A stretch of 62,959 nucleotides of DNA, the filler included. It is 4 parts of 4 records of this genome, joined end to end, with 100 filler letters (N's around TTAATTAATTAA, not from the genome) between each part and the next. Parts side by side here need not be neighbours in the genome. Positions count along the whole stretch, not along the records: positions 1 to 23,296 come from SRR2962707_4906; positions 23,397 to 32,136 come from SRR2962707_4914; 2 more parts are not named here. One strand, written 5' to 3'. The translations under genes were made by a program, and so were the position numbers. Shown here piece after piece: positions 20,313-29,584 of this stretch. The notes beneath the pieces are model-generated. The model was given only the letters and a program-made list of their open reading frames with translations, was not told where the DNA came from and made no database searches. Positions within the stretch are counted from its first letter, which is position 1, and every line of letters begins with the position of its first letter.

Positions 20313-22965
20313 CCCTCCCAAACTCTTTCTAAAGTTCTTCCGGTGGTTTTGCCACCCACGGCTGGTCAAGCCGATCGAAGGCGACCTCATGGAGTTGTAT
20401 GAAGAAAGAGTTCAGGAAATGGGAAAGAAAAAAGCGGACAGAAAATTTATAAAGGACGTCCTGCTGCTGTTTAGAAAGGACATCATAAAGCCAGCAGAAG
20501 GATCAATAAAACTCAACTATTACGGTATGTTTAAAAATTATTTCAAAGTAGGGATTCGGAATATCCTGAAGTACAAAACGTTTTCGTTTATCAACATTTT
20601 CGGACTGGCAGTGGCCATGTCGGTGGGTATGCTCATTATCCTGATGATGAGCAATCAGGACAAAGCGGATCAGTTCCACCCGAATAAAGAACGTATTTAT
20701 CGGGTACTGACTCAAAAAGAGGGCGAAGGACTTCTAAGAGCGACCAGTCCATTGCCTTTGGCTGATCAGCTTATGAATTATGCAAGCGTAGAAAGCGCGA
20801 CTCAGCTGATCAGGAGCATCGGAGGAGATATCGAAAATCACGATCTCAAAAAAAGCACAGAGGCCAGGGGCTTTTTTGCTGATGAGTACTTCTTTGATGT
20901 CTTTGGTTTCAAACTCGAGGAAGGGTCAGAGGTGTCTGCCCTAACGGAACCCAGAAGTATGGTCATCAGTAAAGCAGTAGCTGAACGATTATTTGAAGCA
21001 GGGGATGCAATTGGCCAATCCATTCAGTTTAAAGAGAGAGGCCTGGATGGAATTTCAGTAGATTTTGGTATATCCATGGGACAAGAAACCGTAGACTGGG
21101 GCCAGTACATGATCACAGGAATAATCGACCTGTCCAAGTATCCGACACATATCAAATTCGATGCACTGATCTCCAGCTCCACTCTTCCTCAGCTGGACCA
21201 TTTGACAGAACATCAAAAAAGCTGGGCAAGCAATTCCAGGTCATATACCTATGTATTAATGGCAGATGGGTCATCAGATAGTGAGTTGCAGGCTCATCTA
21301 AACGATATAACTATTGAAAAAGAAGAGCTTTTGAACGAGCAATCATTTGCTACACAGGCAATGGAAAGCATCAATGTAGGACGGTTTCTTGCCAATCCAA
21401 TTACGCTAAGGCTACCTATTGAAGGGTACTATGTACTCGCCATTCTGGCACTGGTGGTGATGATTTCTGCCTGCCTCAATTATACCAACCTCTCGATTGC
21501 CAGAGCCTTAACTCGGGCAAAAGAAATTGGGGTAAGAAAAGTAAATGGGGCCACCAAAAAACAAATCTTTCTGCAGTTTATGATCGAATCCGTGTTGATC
21601 TCACTAATTGCTTTGTTGGTAGCCAACGCAGTGCTCTTTCTGTTGAAACCAATGATCCAAAGCCTTTGGGCTATTCAAGCTCTAAGTCCCGACTTAACTA
21701 TTAGTTTACCCATCATCACTCAGTTCGTTGTGTTTGCAGTTGGGGTGGGGGTATTCGCCGGCCTTTATCCTGCAGCCAGACTTTCCAGATTTACACCAGT
21801 ACGCATCCTTAAAGGAAATTTCAATTCCGGATCAAAGAAAATAGGCCTAAAGGCCGCACTGAATGTCACCCAATTTGTCTTTTCTCTTTTCTTCATCATC
21901 ACCGCTATAGTGATCGTTCGCCAGTTTGATCACTACCTAGCTGCTGATTATGGCATGCAAACAGATAACATTGTTAACATCCCCCTTCAGGGAAATGACT
22001 ATGAAATCATGATGACCGAGCTGGGTTCAGTTCCTGGAGTGGAGAACATTTCTGCCTGCTACCTGATTCCGGCTATGCCCAACAGCAGCGGCACCCCCTA
22101 CTCGGTTACCGGTGCTGAAGATGAAGATTGGTATCCTTCTGAATTCATGAGTGTAAATCCTTCGTTTATCGAGACATTGGAACTTTCACTAGTCGCTGGA
22201 AAAAACATTGATAAAGAATCGGAGGGGCGTAACGAACTAGTCATAAATGAATATGCCGCACACTTGATGGGTTATGAAAATCCGAATGATGCCGTCAATC
22301 AAACCCTTTTTCTTCATGGACAAAAAGATCCATGGAAAGTAATAGGTGTGATCCAAGATTTTAAGTTTCAGAGCATGATCATGGGTGAAGGCGATTTGTC
22401 CTTATTGATGCGATTTGATCCTTCACAATTCAACTATCTAAACGTAAAAATTGCCGGAAACAACCCGCTCAAAGTGGTGCAGCTATTGGATGAAAAGTGG
22501 GAAAGCGTAGACCCTGTCCATGACATGCAGGCCTATTTCTACAATGAGTCACTCAGCAAGTCCATCCAGTGGATGGGAGACCTAGGCTCCATCATCGGCT
22601 ATTTTGCATTTCTTGCCATCCTTATTTCCTGTCTGGGACTCTTAGGGATGGCAGTTTATACTACCGAGAGACGTGTAAAAGAGGTAGGTATACGGAAAGT
22701 CCTGGGTGCAGGAAGCACGCAGCTTGCTTTACTATTGAGTAAATCATTTCTGATCCTGCTTGGGATTGCCGTTCTGATAGCAGCCCCACTCAGCTATTTC
22801 GCAAACAAACTCTGGATAGAAAATATCCCAAATCAGGCTCCTTTTGGTGTCGGAGTAGTACTATTAGGTTCGCTCATAATGCTTTTATTAGGCTTACTGA
22901 CCATAGGCTCGCAGGTATTCAAGGTTACCAAATCGAATCCGGTAGAATCACTGAAGTACGAGTAG
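20305..22965 (+). CDS. Duplicated MacB/FtsX-type ABC permease with a divergent prefix domain (D)
   Basis: PPKLFLKFFRWFCHP..IEGDL prefix, AKEIGVRKV and NPVESLKYE. The ATG at 20305 overlaps the padR2 stop. Confidence 0.92.
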   Translation: MHSPPKLFLKFFRWFCHPRLVKPIEGDLMELYEERVQEMGKKKADRKFIKDVLLLFRKDIIKPAEGSIKLNYYGMFKNYFKVGIRNILKYKTFSFINIFGLAVAMSVGMLIILMMSNQDKADQFHPNKERIYRVLTQKEGEGLLRATSPLPLADQLMNYASVESATQLIRSIGGDIENHDLKKSTEARGFFADEYFFDVFGFKLEEGSEVSALTEPRSMVISKAVAERLFEAGDAIGQSIQFKERGLDGISVDFGISMGQETVDWGQYMITGIIDLSKYPTHIKFDALISSSTLPQLDHLTEHQKSWASNSRSYTYVLMADGSSDSELQAHLNDITIEKEELLNEQSFATQAMESINVGRFLANPITLRLPIEGYYVLAILALVVMISACLNYTNLSIARALTRAKEIGVRKVNGATKKQIFLQFMIESVLISLIALLVANAVLFLLKPMIQSLWAIQALSPDLTISLPIITQFVVFAVGVGVFAGLYPAARLSRFTPVRILKGNFNSGSKKIGLKAALNVTQFVFSLFFIITAIVIVRQFDHYLAADYGMQTDNIVNIPLQGNDYEIMMTELGSVPGVENISACYLIPAMPNSSGTPYSVTGAEDEDWYPSEFMSVNPSFIETLELSLVAGKNIDKESEGRNELVINEYAAHLMGYENPNDAVNQTLFLHGQKDPWKVIGVIQDFKFQSMIMGEGDLSLLMRFDPSQFNYLNVKIAGNNPLKVVQLLDEKWESVDPVHDMQAYFYNESLSKSIQWMGDLGSIIGYFAFLAILISCLGLLGMAVYTTERRVKEVGIRKVLGAGSTQLALLLSKSFLILLGIAVLIAAPLSYFANKLWIENIPNQAPFGVGVVLLGSLIMLLLGLLTIGSQVFKVTKSNPVESLKYE

Positions 22966-23003
22966 CAAAATCCAAACTCACATTGCAAGCCTCACTTAGA
23001 TTA

Positions 23004-23214
23004 TCGTGAGTACGGGACGAGAACATCAAATTTTATTCAAAAATGACACAACAAGTCTCCTCTTGGGAGGAGTGAGAGGTGGGTTAGCATAAAACCGGTC
23101 ATTTTTGAAAAAATTTTGATAAATAAGGAAAAAAATTCTTTCAAACCCACCCCTTCCCCTCCAAGGAGGGGACTGTAGGCAATTTTTTCTTTTCTTCTTA
23201 TCCCGAACTCATGT
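23004..23214. mobile_element. ~210-bp MITE (IS982-like ends) with target-site duplication
   Basis: Imperfect 20-bp TIRs match at 15/20 (TCGTGAGTACGGGACGAGAA vs reverse complement ACATGAGTTCGGGATAAGAA). Flanking direct repeat TAGATTA, extendable to TTAGATTAT. An internal inverted REP-like pair lies at 23054-23085 and 23144-23174. Confidence 0.7.
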
Positions 23215-23296
23215 TAGATTATACGGAGGCTTTTGTATTTCTTTTACAACTTAAATAGAAATGCTTCGTATATTTGTTTTACAAATTCAATAAAAA

Positions 23297-23396
23297 NNNN
23301 NNNNNNNNNNNNNNNNNNNNNNNNNNNNNNNNNNNNNNNNTTAATTAATTAANNNNNNNNNNNNNNNNNNNNNNNNNNNNNNNNNNNNNNNNNNNN
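23297..23396. other. Artificial contig spacer
   Basis: N44 + TTAATTAATTAA (stops in all six frames) + N44; abrupt composition change. Confidence 0.99.
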
Positions 23397-24323
23397 CCAA
23401 TAGACCAGCGCATCCTCGCGCCCATGCGTCACCCACACGGTCTCGGCCTCGGTTTCGCGTACCGTCTGCTGCAGTTCGCCCCAGTCACAATGGTCCGAAA
23501 TCACCAGCGGCAATTCCACCAGCGCCTGCCGCGCCCGCTGTTTCACACTCATCCAGCCCGAGGCCTGACACACCACCGGATCGGGAAACCGGCGACTCCA
23601 GCGGTCACGAATGGCTGAAGGCGGCGCGATCACGATCTGCCCCGCCAGTTCCGCCTTGGGCACATCCAGCGCCGGTCGCAGCGCGCCCAGCGGCACGCCC
23701 AGCTCTTCATAAAGCGCACACAGCTTGAGCATGGCGCCATGCAGATAGATTGGCGCGTCATAACCCGCGTCGCGCAGCAGCGCGATCACCCGCTGCGCCT
23801 TGCCCAGCGCGTAGCTGCCGACCAGATGACTGCGCTCAGGATTATCCCGCACCGATTTGAGCAGTCGCGCGATCTCGGTCTGCGGCGGCGGATGCTGAAA
23901 CACCGGCAGACCAAACGTCGCCTCGGTCACCAGCAGATCGCATTTGACCAGTTCATAGGGTTGCGCCGTGCGCTCGGCCAGCCGCTTGTAATCGCCCGTC
24001 ACCACCACGCGCTGCCCGGCCTGCTCCACCAGCACCTGCGCCGAGCCCAGAATATGCCCGGCCGGGAACAGCGTGATCGTCACATCATCGACGTTCAGCG
24101 GCACGCCGAGATCCAGCGGTTCAAACCGCCGTGCGCAGTCCTCGCCATAACGCGTCTTCATGATGGCAATCGTGTCTGGCGTCGTCAGCACCGAGCCATG
24201 CCCGCTGCGCGCATGGTCCGCATGGCCATGGGTAATGATCGCCCGCTCACGCGGCACGCTGGGGTCGATATAGGCGTCTATCGCCTTGATATGCAGGTGC
24301 CGGTCGAGGATCTGGATTGCCAT
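23397..24323 (-). CDS. Ligase-associated DNA damage response exonuclease (MBL/beta-CASP), 3'-truncated
   Basis: ITHGHADHAR, AGHILGS, TGDYKR, EATFGLP, SDHCDW and VTHG motifs. Confidence 0.9.
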
Positions 24324-24449
24324 GTCCCCACCTTAACGTGCCGCGATCAGAACTGGTTCACGACATATTAGGGCAAGCGCATCGCCAGACAATGTTGGCA
24401 TTGGCACCCGCTTGCGGTGCGCCTCGCGAACCACCGACCCGGGCACCCT

Positions 24450-24495
24450 CCCTCCCCCTTGTGGGGAGGGTGGCCCCGCAAGGGGGAGGTGGGGG
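24450..24495. repeat. Alphaproteobacterial REP-like element
   Basis: CCCTCCCC-CTTGT-GGGGAGGG hairpin followed by a G-rich tail. Confidence 0.6.
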
Positions 24496-24528
24496 CCTCT
24501 GGTCCCGGCGGAACTCCCGCCAATTTGC

Positions 24529-27438
24529 CTACATGACCTTGGTCACATCCAGCAGCCCGGCGCGCGTTTCATTGGCCTTGCTGATAGCGGCCTCACCACC
24601 CAGCACAACCACATGGCCATGCTGGCGCACAGCGTCCACCGCCTCGGCCATCGCCTTGAAGTCAGCTGCGCTCGTCGACAGGATTTCGTCACGGCGCTGC
24701 TGCCGCAGGTCGTCCGTGGTCCCGGTCAATTGCCGCCACATCGAGGAATAGCCCTTGGCGTCGGGGAATTCATAGCCATCGACATCGCCGATCACCCCGA
24801 TAATCGAGCGTGTCAGATCATTGGCGCCAATCGCCGCGTGCAGCGCCTTGGCCGCCCCATCATAGGCGTCCAGCGTCTTGAGCAGATTGGGATCGCGATA
24901 GCTCAGAAAGCTGAAATTGCCCGAGGTCAGGTCGAACCGCGCCGAGCCGCCATAGGCGCCGCCCTGCACGCGGATTTTGTCCCACATATAGGTGGTGTTG
25001 AGAAACTTCAGCGCCACGCTGGACGCCCCCGTCAGCTCAAACCCCAGCGCCTTGAGATTGGCGCCCTTGCCGACATAATTGACCTGGACCGGGATGATCA
25101 GCCCTTCGGACTTGGGCGCAAAATCCACGCTCCAGTCGGCAAACTCATGTTTGGCGTCCGGCAGCGTCCCAAGGAAACCCTCGATCTCGCCCTTGGCCCG
25201 GCCCCACAGCGCACTATCAGCGGTCACATTGACCACCATGCGCCCCCGGTTGAACAACGTATCGCGCATACGCTTGAGCGCGCTCTCCACGCTATCCCAA
25301 TCGCTCTCGATCCGCGCCACCAGTTCGCGCAGGAACATCAGATAGCTCACGCCACCCATCTGCTCGGAAATCCAGCTCGCCTCGGTAAGGCTCGACTTCA
25401 GCCGCGTATCGACAATCGAATTGCCCGCCGGGATCATGCGCGCTTCAAAGCCCGCCTTTTCCTCGAGCGCCATCTGCTTGAAGCGCTCGCGATTATCCAG
25501 TCGTGCATCAAGCAGCACATCGCCCATGATCGCCAGCATCTCGTCGATCTTGTCCGGCACAGCCTTGCCAGACAGGAAGAACCAGGCCGCGCTGCCAGCA
25601 TCGCCCTGTCGCGACGACAACCCACGGTGCTGGGCCACGCCACCGGTCGAGCGACCAATGCGCTGGGTCAGGCTGACAAAGTCCTCCTTGCTGGTGCCGG
25701 TCTGCAGCAGCGCCCGGCCAAACAGCGGCAGATAGGGCAGCAGTTCCTTGTCCAGCACATGCAGATCGAACCCCATATCGAGATAGACGATCCCCAGTGT
25801 CGGCAGGTCGTGGTAGAACAGCCTGGTATCCGCCAGCGTGCCGATATCGATCGGCACCGTCCGTGTCTGCCGCGGCAGATCAGCCAGCGTCAGCGTCGGG
25901 ATCTGCGCCAATAGCGCGGGATCATCCACCTCTTCCTGCAACGCCTTGAGCCGTTCGGTTTCGGCCTTGGTGTCTTCCAGCGCCTTGGCATCAAATCCCT
26001 TGCGCACATCGGCCAGAATCGAGGCTTCCTTGGCCGCCTCGCGCGCGCCCTGATCGGGGTCGGCCTGCAGGCTCACCGTGGTGCGGTGCATATTGTCCAG
26101 AAACAGTCGGCGGATTTCCTTGGCGAAAAAGCCCTGCCCCGCCTTGGCCTTGAGCGCGCTCAGCGCCTCTTCAAAGGCCAGCGGCGCAATCGGATCCCCC
26201 TCATGCAGCCAGGTCCCCAGCGCGTTGAACATGTACATCATGCCGCGTGGATAGGACCCAGTATTGTTCTCGCGCAGCGAAAACTCGAACGTGTTGGCCG
26301 CCGCTTCCAGCTGCTCGGGCGCGAACCCGGTGTCGGCGATCTCTTCGAGCGTTTTCAGGATCAGCGCTTCGACCTTGCCCGCATCGGCCGGGTCAATGCC
26401 CTTCATGCCAAAGCTGGCCATGGGCTGACGCAGACCGCCGCCGATACCGCCGCCCGTCATGCCTTCGCCCAGCCCGCTCTCATTGAGCGCCTTGCGCAGC
26501 GGGGCGGCCGAATTGCCCGCCAGCAGATAGCTCAGCATGCCATGGCTGAGCGCTTCGGTACGGTCCGCCGCCGGGTCGATCATCCAGTTGACTGACACCA
26601 TGCCATCGCGCGCCTTGGCATCGTCCTTGGTGCCGGCATAGGTGGCCTCGATCTGGCGCGGCGCGTTGAACCGCGGCTGCAGCTTGACCTCTGCATCCAC
26701 CGGCGCCCGCTCGAACTGGCTGAAATAGGCATCCAGAATTGCCAGCCGCTCACCGGCATCATCATCACCCGAAAAGAACGCGCGGGTATTGGACGGGTGA
26801 TAATAGGTCTGGTGGAAATTCTTGAACTGCTCGAACGTCAGCTCGGGGATTGCCTTGGGGTCCCCGCCCGAGCTTTTGCCATAGGTCACATCGGGATAAA
26901 GCGAGCGCTGCGAAAGATCGCGCATCACCGCATCGGGCGACGAGAACACGCCCTTCATCTCGTTGAACACCACGCCCTTATAGACCAGCGGTGCGTCGAC
27001 ATCTTCCAGCTCGTAATGCCAGCCTTCCTGCAGGAAGGTCTCTTCGGTCAGCAGCGGAAAGAACACCGCATCCAGATAGACGTCCACCAGATTGTAAAAG
27101 TCCTTCAGGTTCTGGCTGGCCACTGGATAGGCCGTCTTGTCCGGAAACGTCATGGCGTTCAGAAACGTGTTCAGCGAGCCCTTGATCAGCTCCACGAACG
27201 GCTTCTTGACCGGATATTTCCGGCTGCCACACAGCACCGAGTGCTCCAGAATATGGGCGATGCCGGTAGAATCCGTCGGCGGCGTCTTGAAAGTGATGCC
27301 GAACACCTTGTTCTCGTCGTCATTGACCAGGCTGAGCACCTCGGCCCCGGTCTTTTTGTGGCGGAACAGCTGCGCCTGCGAATTGGCCTCCGCGATATGT
27401 TCGTCGCGGATCAGTTCGAAGGCTTCGTGATAGGACAT
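24529..27438 (-). CDS. M16C insulinase-family metallopeptidase (presequence protease PreP-like)
   Basis: HILEHSVLCGSRKYP (HXXEH), FLNAMTFPDKT.YP, KGVVFNEMKG, IRVQGGAYG and SYRDP motifs. Start set at MSY. Confidence 0.93.
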   Translation of the reverse strand: MSYHEAFELIRDEHIAEANSQAQLFRHKKTGAEVLSLVNDDENKVFGITFKTPPTDSTGIAHILEHSVLCGSRKYPVKKPFVELIKGSLNTFLNAMTFPDKTAYPVASQNLKDFYNLVDVYLDAVFFPLLTEETFLQEGWHYELEDVDAPLVYKGVVFNEMKGVFSSPDAVMRDLSQRSLYPDVTYGKSSGGDPKAIPELTFEQFKNFHQTYYHPSNTRAFFSGDDDAGERLAILDAYFSQFERAPVDAEVKLQPRFNAPRQIEATYAGTKDDAKARDGMVSVNWMIDPAADRTEALSHGMLSYLLAGNSAAPLRKALNESGLGEGMTGGGIGGGLRQPMASFGMKGIDPADAGKVEALILKTLEEIADTGFAPEQLEAAANTFEFSLRENNTGSYPRGMMYMFNALGTWLHEGDPIAPLAFEEALSALKAKAGQGFFAKEIRRLFLDNMHRTTVSLQADPDQGAREAAKEASILADVRKGFDAKALEDTKAETERLKALQEEVDDPALLAQIPTLTLADLPRQTRTVPIDIGTLADTRLFYHDLPTLGIVYLDMGFDLHVLDKELLPYLPLFGRALLQTGTSKEDFVSLTQRIGRSTGGVAQHRGLSSRQGDAGSAAWFFLSGKAVPDKIDEMLAIMGDVLLDARLDNRERFKQMALEEKAGFEARMIPAGNSIVDTRLKSSLTEASWISEQMGGVSYLMFLRELVARIESDWDSVESALKRMRDTLFNRGRMVVNVTADSALWGRAKGEIEGFLGTLPDAKHEFADWSVDFAPKSEGLIIPVQVNYVGKGANLKALGFELTGASSVALKFLNTTYMWDKIRVQGGAYGGSARFDLTSGNFSFLSYRDPNLLKTLDAYDGAAKALHAAIGANDLTRSIIGVIGDVDGYEFPDAKGYSSMWRQLTGTTDDLRQQRRDEILSTSAADFKAMAEAVDAVRQHGHVVVLGGEAAISKANETRAGLLDVTKVM

Positions 27439-27567
27439 GACACTACTCGGCAGGTTTTTTCTTTGTTGATGACAACGTAGGCACCCCCAGCCCGATCCGC
27501 TAGGGGGCGTCACGCCTCCAAACAAGGATCGCGCTCAGCACTCACGTGCGTCTCATGCCCACCGCGC

Positions 27568-27592
27568 GTCACCCTCGGGATTGACCCGAGGG
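27568..27592. repeat. REP-like palindrome GTCACCCTCGGGATTGACCCGAGGG
   Basis: CCCTCGGG/CCCGAGGG stem in intergenic DNA. Confidence 0.55.
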
Positions 27593-27631
27593 CACTTTGC
27601 TTGTCGCGAGGGCCGAACCGTAAGGTCGGGC

Positions 27632-28606
27632 TCAAACGCCGCCCCGGATCTCCGGCTTGACGCTTTCCTCATACCAGCTCTTGAGCTGGCCCATCAGCGC
27701 CGGGAACAGGCTGCGCAGTTCACTGGCGGCGACATTGTCGGCCAGCTGCTCGGGCTTGCTCACCCCGGCAATGATGGTCGAGACCTCGGGATGGTCCAGA
27801 ATCCAGCGCAGTGCGAACTGGCTCATCTCCATGCCGCCCGGCGCATAGCCCTTGAGCTCATTGACCAGCTCCACACCGCGTTGAAACGGGATGCCGGCAA
27901 AGGTCTCGCCCACCGAAAATGCATCGCCATTGGCGTTATAATTACGGTGATCGCTGGCTTCGAACTGTGTGTCCTTGCTGAACTTGCCGCTCAGCAGCCC
28001 GCTGGCCAACGGCAGTCGCACGATAATGCCGACATCCTTCTCTGCCGCCTTGGGCAGCAGCACTTCGGCCGCATCTTGGCGGAACAGGTTGAAGATGATC
28101 TGCAGTGTGGCGAGGCCGGGCTGTTCCAGGCAGATCAGCCCTTCTTCAATGGTCTCGACACTGGCGCCCCAATGCTTGATCAGCCCTTCGGCCTTGAGCT
28201 CATCCAGCCAGCCAAAAATCGCGCCATCCTGCAGCACGCCAAGCGGCACACAGTGCAACTGCGCCAGATCCAACGAAGAGACACCCAGCCGCTCGGCGGA
28301 CCCCTCAAGGCTCTTGCGAATGCCTTCCTTCGAATAATTGTCGGGGAACAACCCACCGCCACGCCCCAGCTTGGTCGCCACATGCACACCGGCGCCCTTG
28401 GCATGGCCGCCGATCCGGCTTTCGCTCATGCCACCGCCATAGACGTCAGCAGTGTCCCAGAAGGTCACGCCAGCCTGATTGGCGGCATCGAGAATAGCTG
28501 TAGCCGTCTCGTCACCCACCGGCCCGAAATCGCCGCCCAGCTGCCAGCAGCCCAGCCCGATTTCCGAAACCTCAAAACCCGTCTTGCCCAAACGCCGCGT
28601 TTTCAT
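27632..28606 (-). CDS. Aldo/keto reductase
   Basis: LGKTG..VSEIGLG, DTADVYG, ATK, LDL.QLH and PLASGLLSGK motifs. Confidence 0.92.
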   Translation of the reverse strand: MKTRRLGKTGFEVSEIGLGCWQLGGDFGPVGDETATAILDAANQAGVTFWDTADVYGGGMSESRIGGHAKGAGVHVATKLGRGGGLFPDNYSKEGIRKSLEGSAERLGVSSLDLAQLHCVPLGVLQDGAIFGWLDELKAEGLIKHWGASVETIEEGLICLEQPGLATLQIIFNLFRQDAAEVLLPKAAEKDVGIIVRLPLASGLLSGKFSKDTQFEASDHRNYNANGDAFSVGETFAGIPFQRGVELVNELKGYAPGGMEMSQFALRWILDHPEVSTIIAGVSKPEQLADNVAASELRSLFPALMGQLKSWYEESVKPEIRGGV

Positions 28607-28800
28607 GCCGTGCTGTCCTTTGTGGTTCTCGCGCGAGCGCATTCGCTGCGCGCCCGACAGGCGCTGTGCACCCATCACTGCTTGATAATGTTCTGGATGG
28701 CCAACCGATCCGCAGCTGGCCAGATGAGGGCAGCGCGCATGGAGCTCGATGACAAAGCCTGACCCGCAGGGGTCGCCCCGGTCAACCCGGATGCGTCATC

Positions 28801-29502
28801 CTATTCGAAATAATCGGGATGATCGCCAATGGTCTGGCTGAGCAGCACTTCAGCGCGCGCCAGATGCGCCCGCATTGCCGCTTCGGCGCCCGCAATGTCG
28901 CCTTCGGCCACGGCCTTGGCAATCTTGAGGTGCTCGTCAATCGCCACCCGTGAGGACGACGCCCCCAATGTCAGATAGCGCACCCGATCGAGCTGCATCT
29001 TGTGATCATCGATCAGCTGCCACGCATATTCCACGCCCGCCAACCGCGCCATGGTGCGGTGGAACAATTCGTCCAGCGTGTGAAAGCCGCGACTGTCATT
29101 GGCCGCCGAGGCCGTTTCCTGATCTGCGATCAGCGCCTTGAGCACCGCCGCTGCCTCGCCCGGATGGGCCGCCAAACGCCGCACGATCTCCACTTCGATA
29201 GATTCGCGGATAAAGCGCGATTGCCGCACGCCTTCGGGGGAGATTTTCTTGACCACTGTGGCCCGCTTGGGGCGGATCAGCAGCAGACCCTGCTGCGCCA
29301 GCCGGATGAACGCCTCGCGCACGGGCTGGCGGGACACACCGTAGCGGCCCGCAATGTCGCTCTCGGAAATAACATCGCCCGGCTTGAGCGCCATGCTGAC
29401 GATTTCGTCACGCAATGCGCCAACGACGCGCATTGCCATGGTCTCCTCGGTTACTTCAAGCACCTGGGTCGACACCTTGTTAAATTCCCCCGCTCCGACC
29501 AT
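28801..29502 (-). CDS. GntR-family (FCD) transcriptional regulator
   Basis: LKPG..ISE, YGVSRQPVREA, DELFH and EH..I motifs. Confidence 0.92.
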   Translation of the reverse strand: MVGAGEFNKVSTQVLEVTEETMAMRVVGALRDEIVSMALKPGDVISESDIAGRYGVSRQPVREAFIRLAQQGLLLIRPKRATVVKKISPEGVRQSRFIRESIEVEIVRRLAAHPGEAAAVLKALIADQETASAANDSRGFHTLDELFHRTMARLAGVEYAWQLIDDHKMQLDRVRYLTLGASSSRVAIDEHLKIAKAVAEGDIAGAEAAMRAHLARAEVLLSQTIGDHPDYFE

Positions 29503-29584
29503 GGGCCGGATAATCGGGGGAATGCGCCCCCCGATTGCGTGCCTTCCACAGATTTCTGGGGGCTCCGAGCCCCCGGATCAGCCG

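Noticed and set aside
11791-22965. CRISPR array, integron attC sites or DGR template repeats in the permease array
   Set aside because: The repeats are protein-coding, kilobases apart and not adenine-specific, and no cas, intI or RT gene is present.
23341-23352. TTAATTAATTAA palindrome repeated three times in the window
   Set aside because: It is an assembly linker embedded in N runs, not biological.
24412-25914. 500-aa + strand ORF, and similar long ORFs at 27581-28762, 46549-47649, 49120-50469, 51686-53248 and 58485-59507
   Set aside because: These are antisense shadows of well-supported genes in GC-rich DNA and show no recognisable motifs.
28680-28700. Possible alphaproteobacterial LexA box upstream of the aldo/keto reductase
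   Set aside because: Only one GTTC half-site matches.
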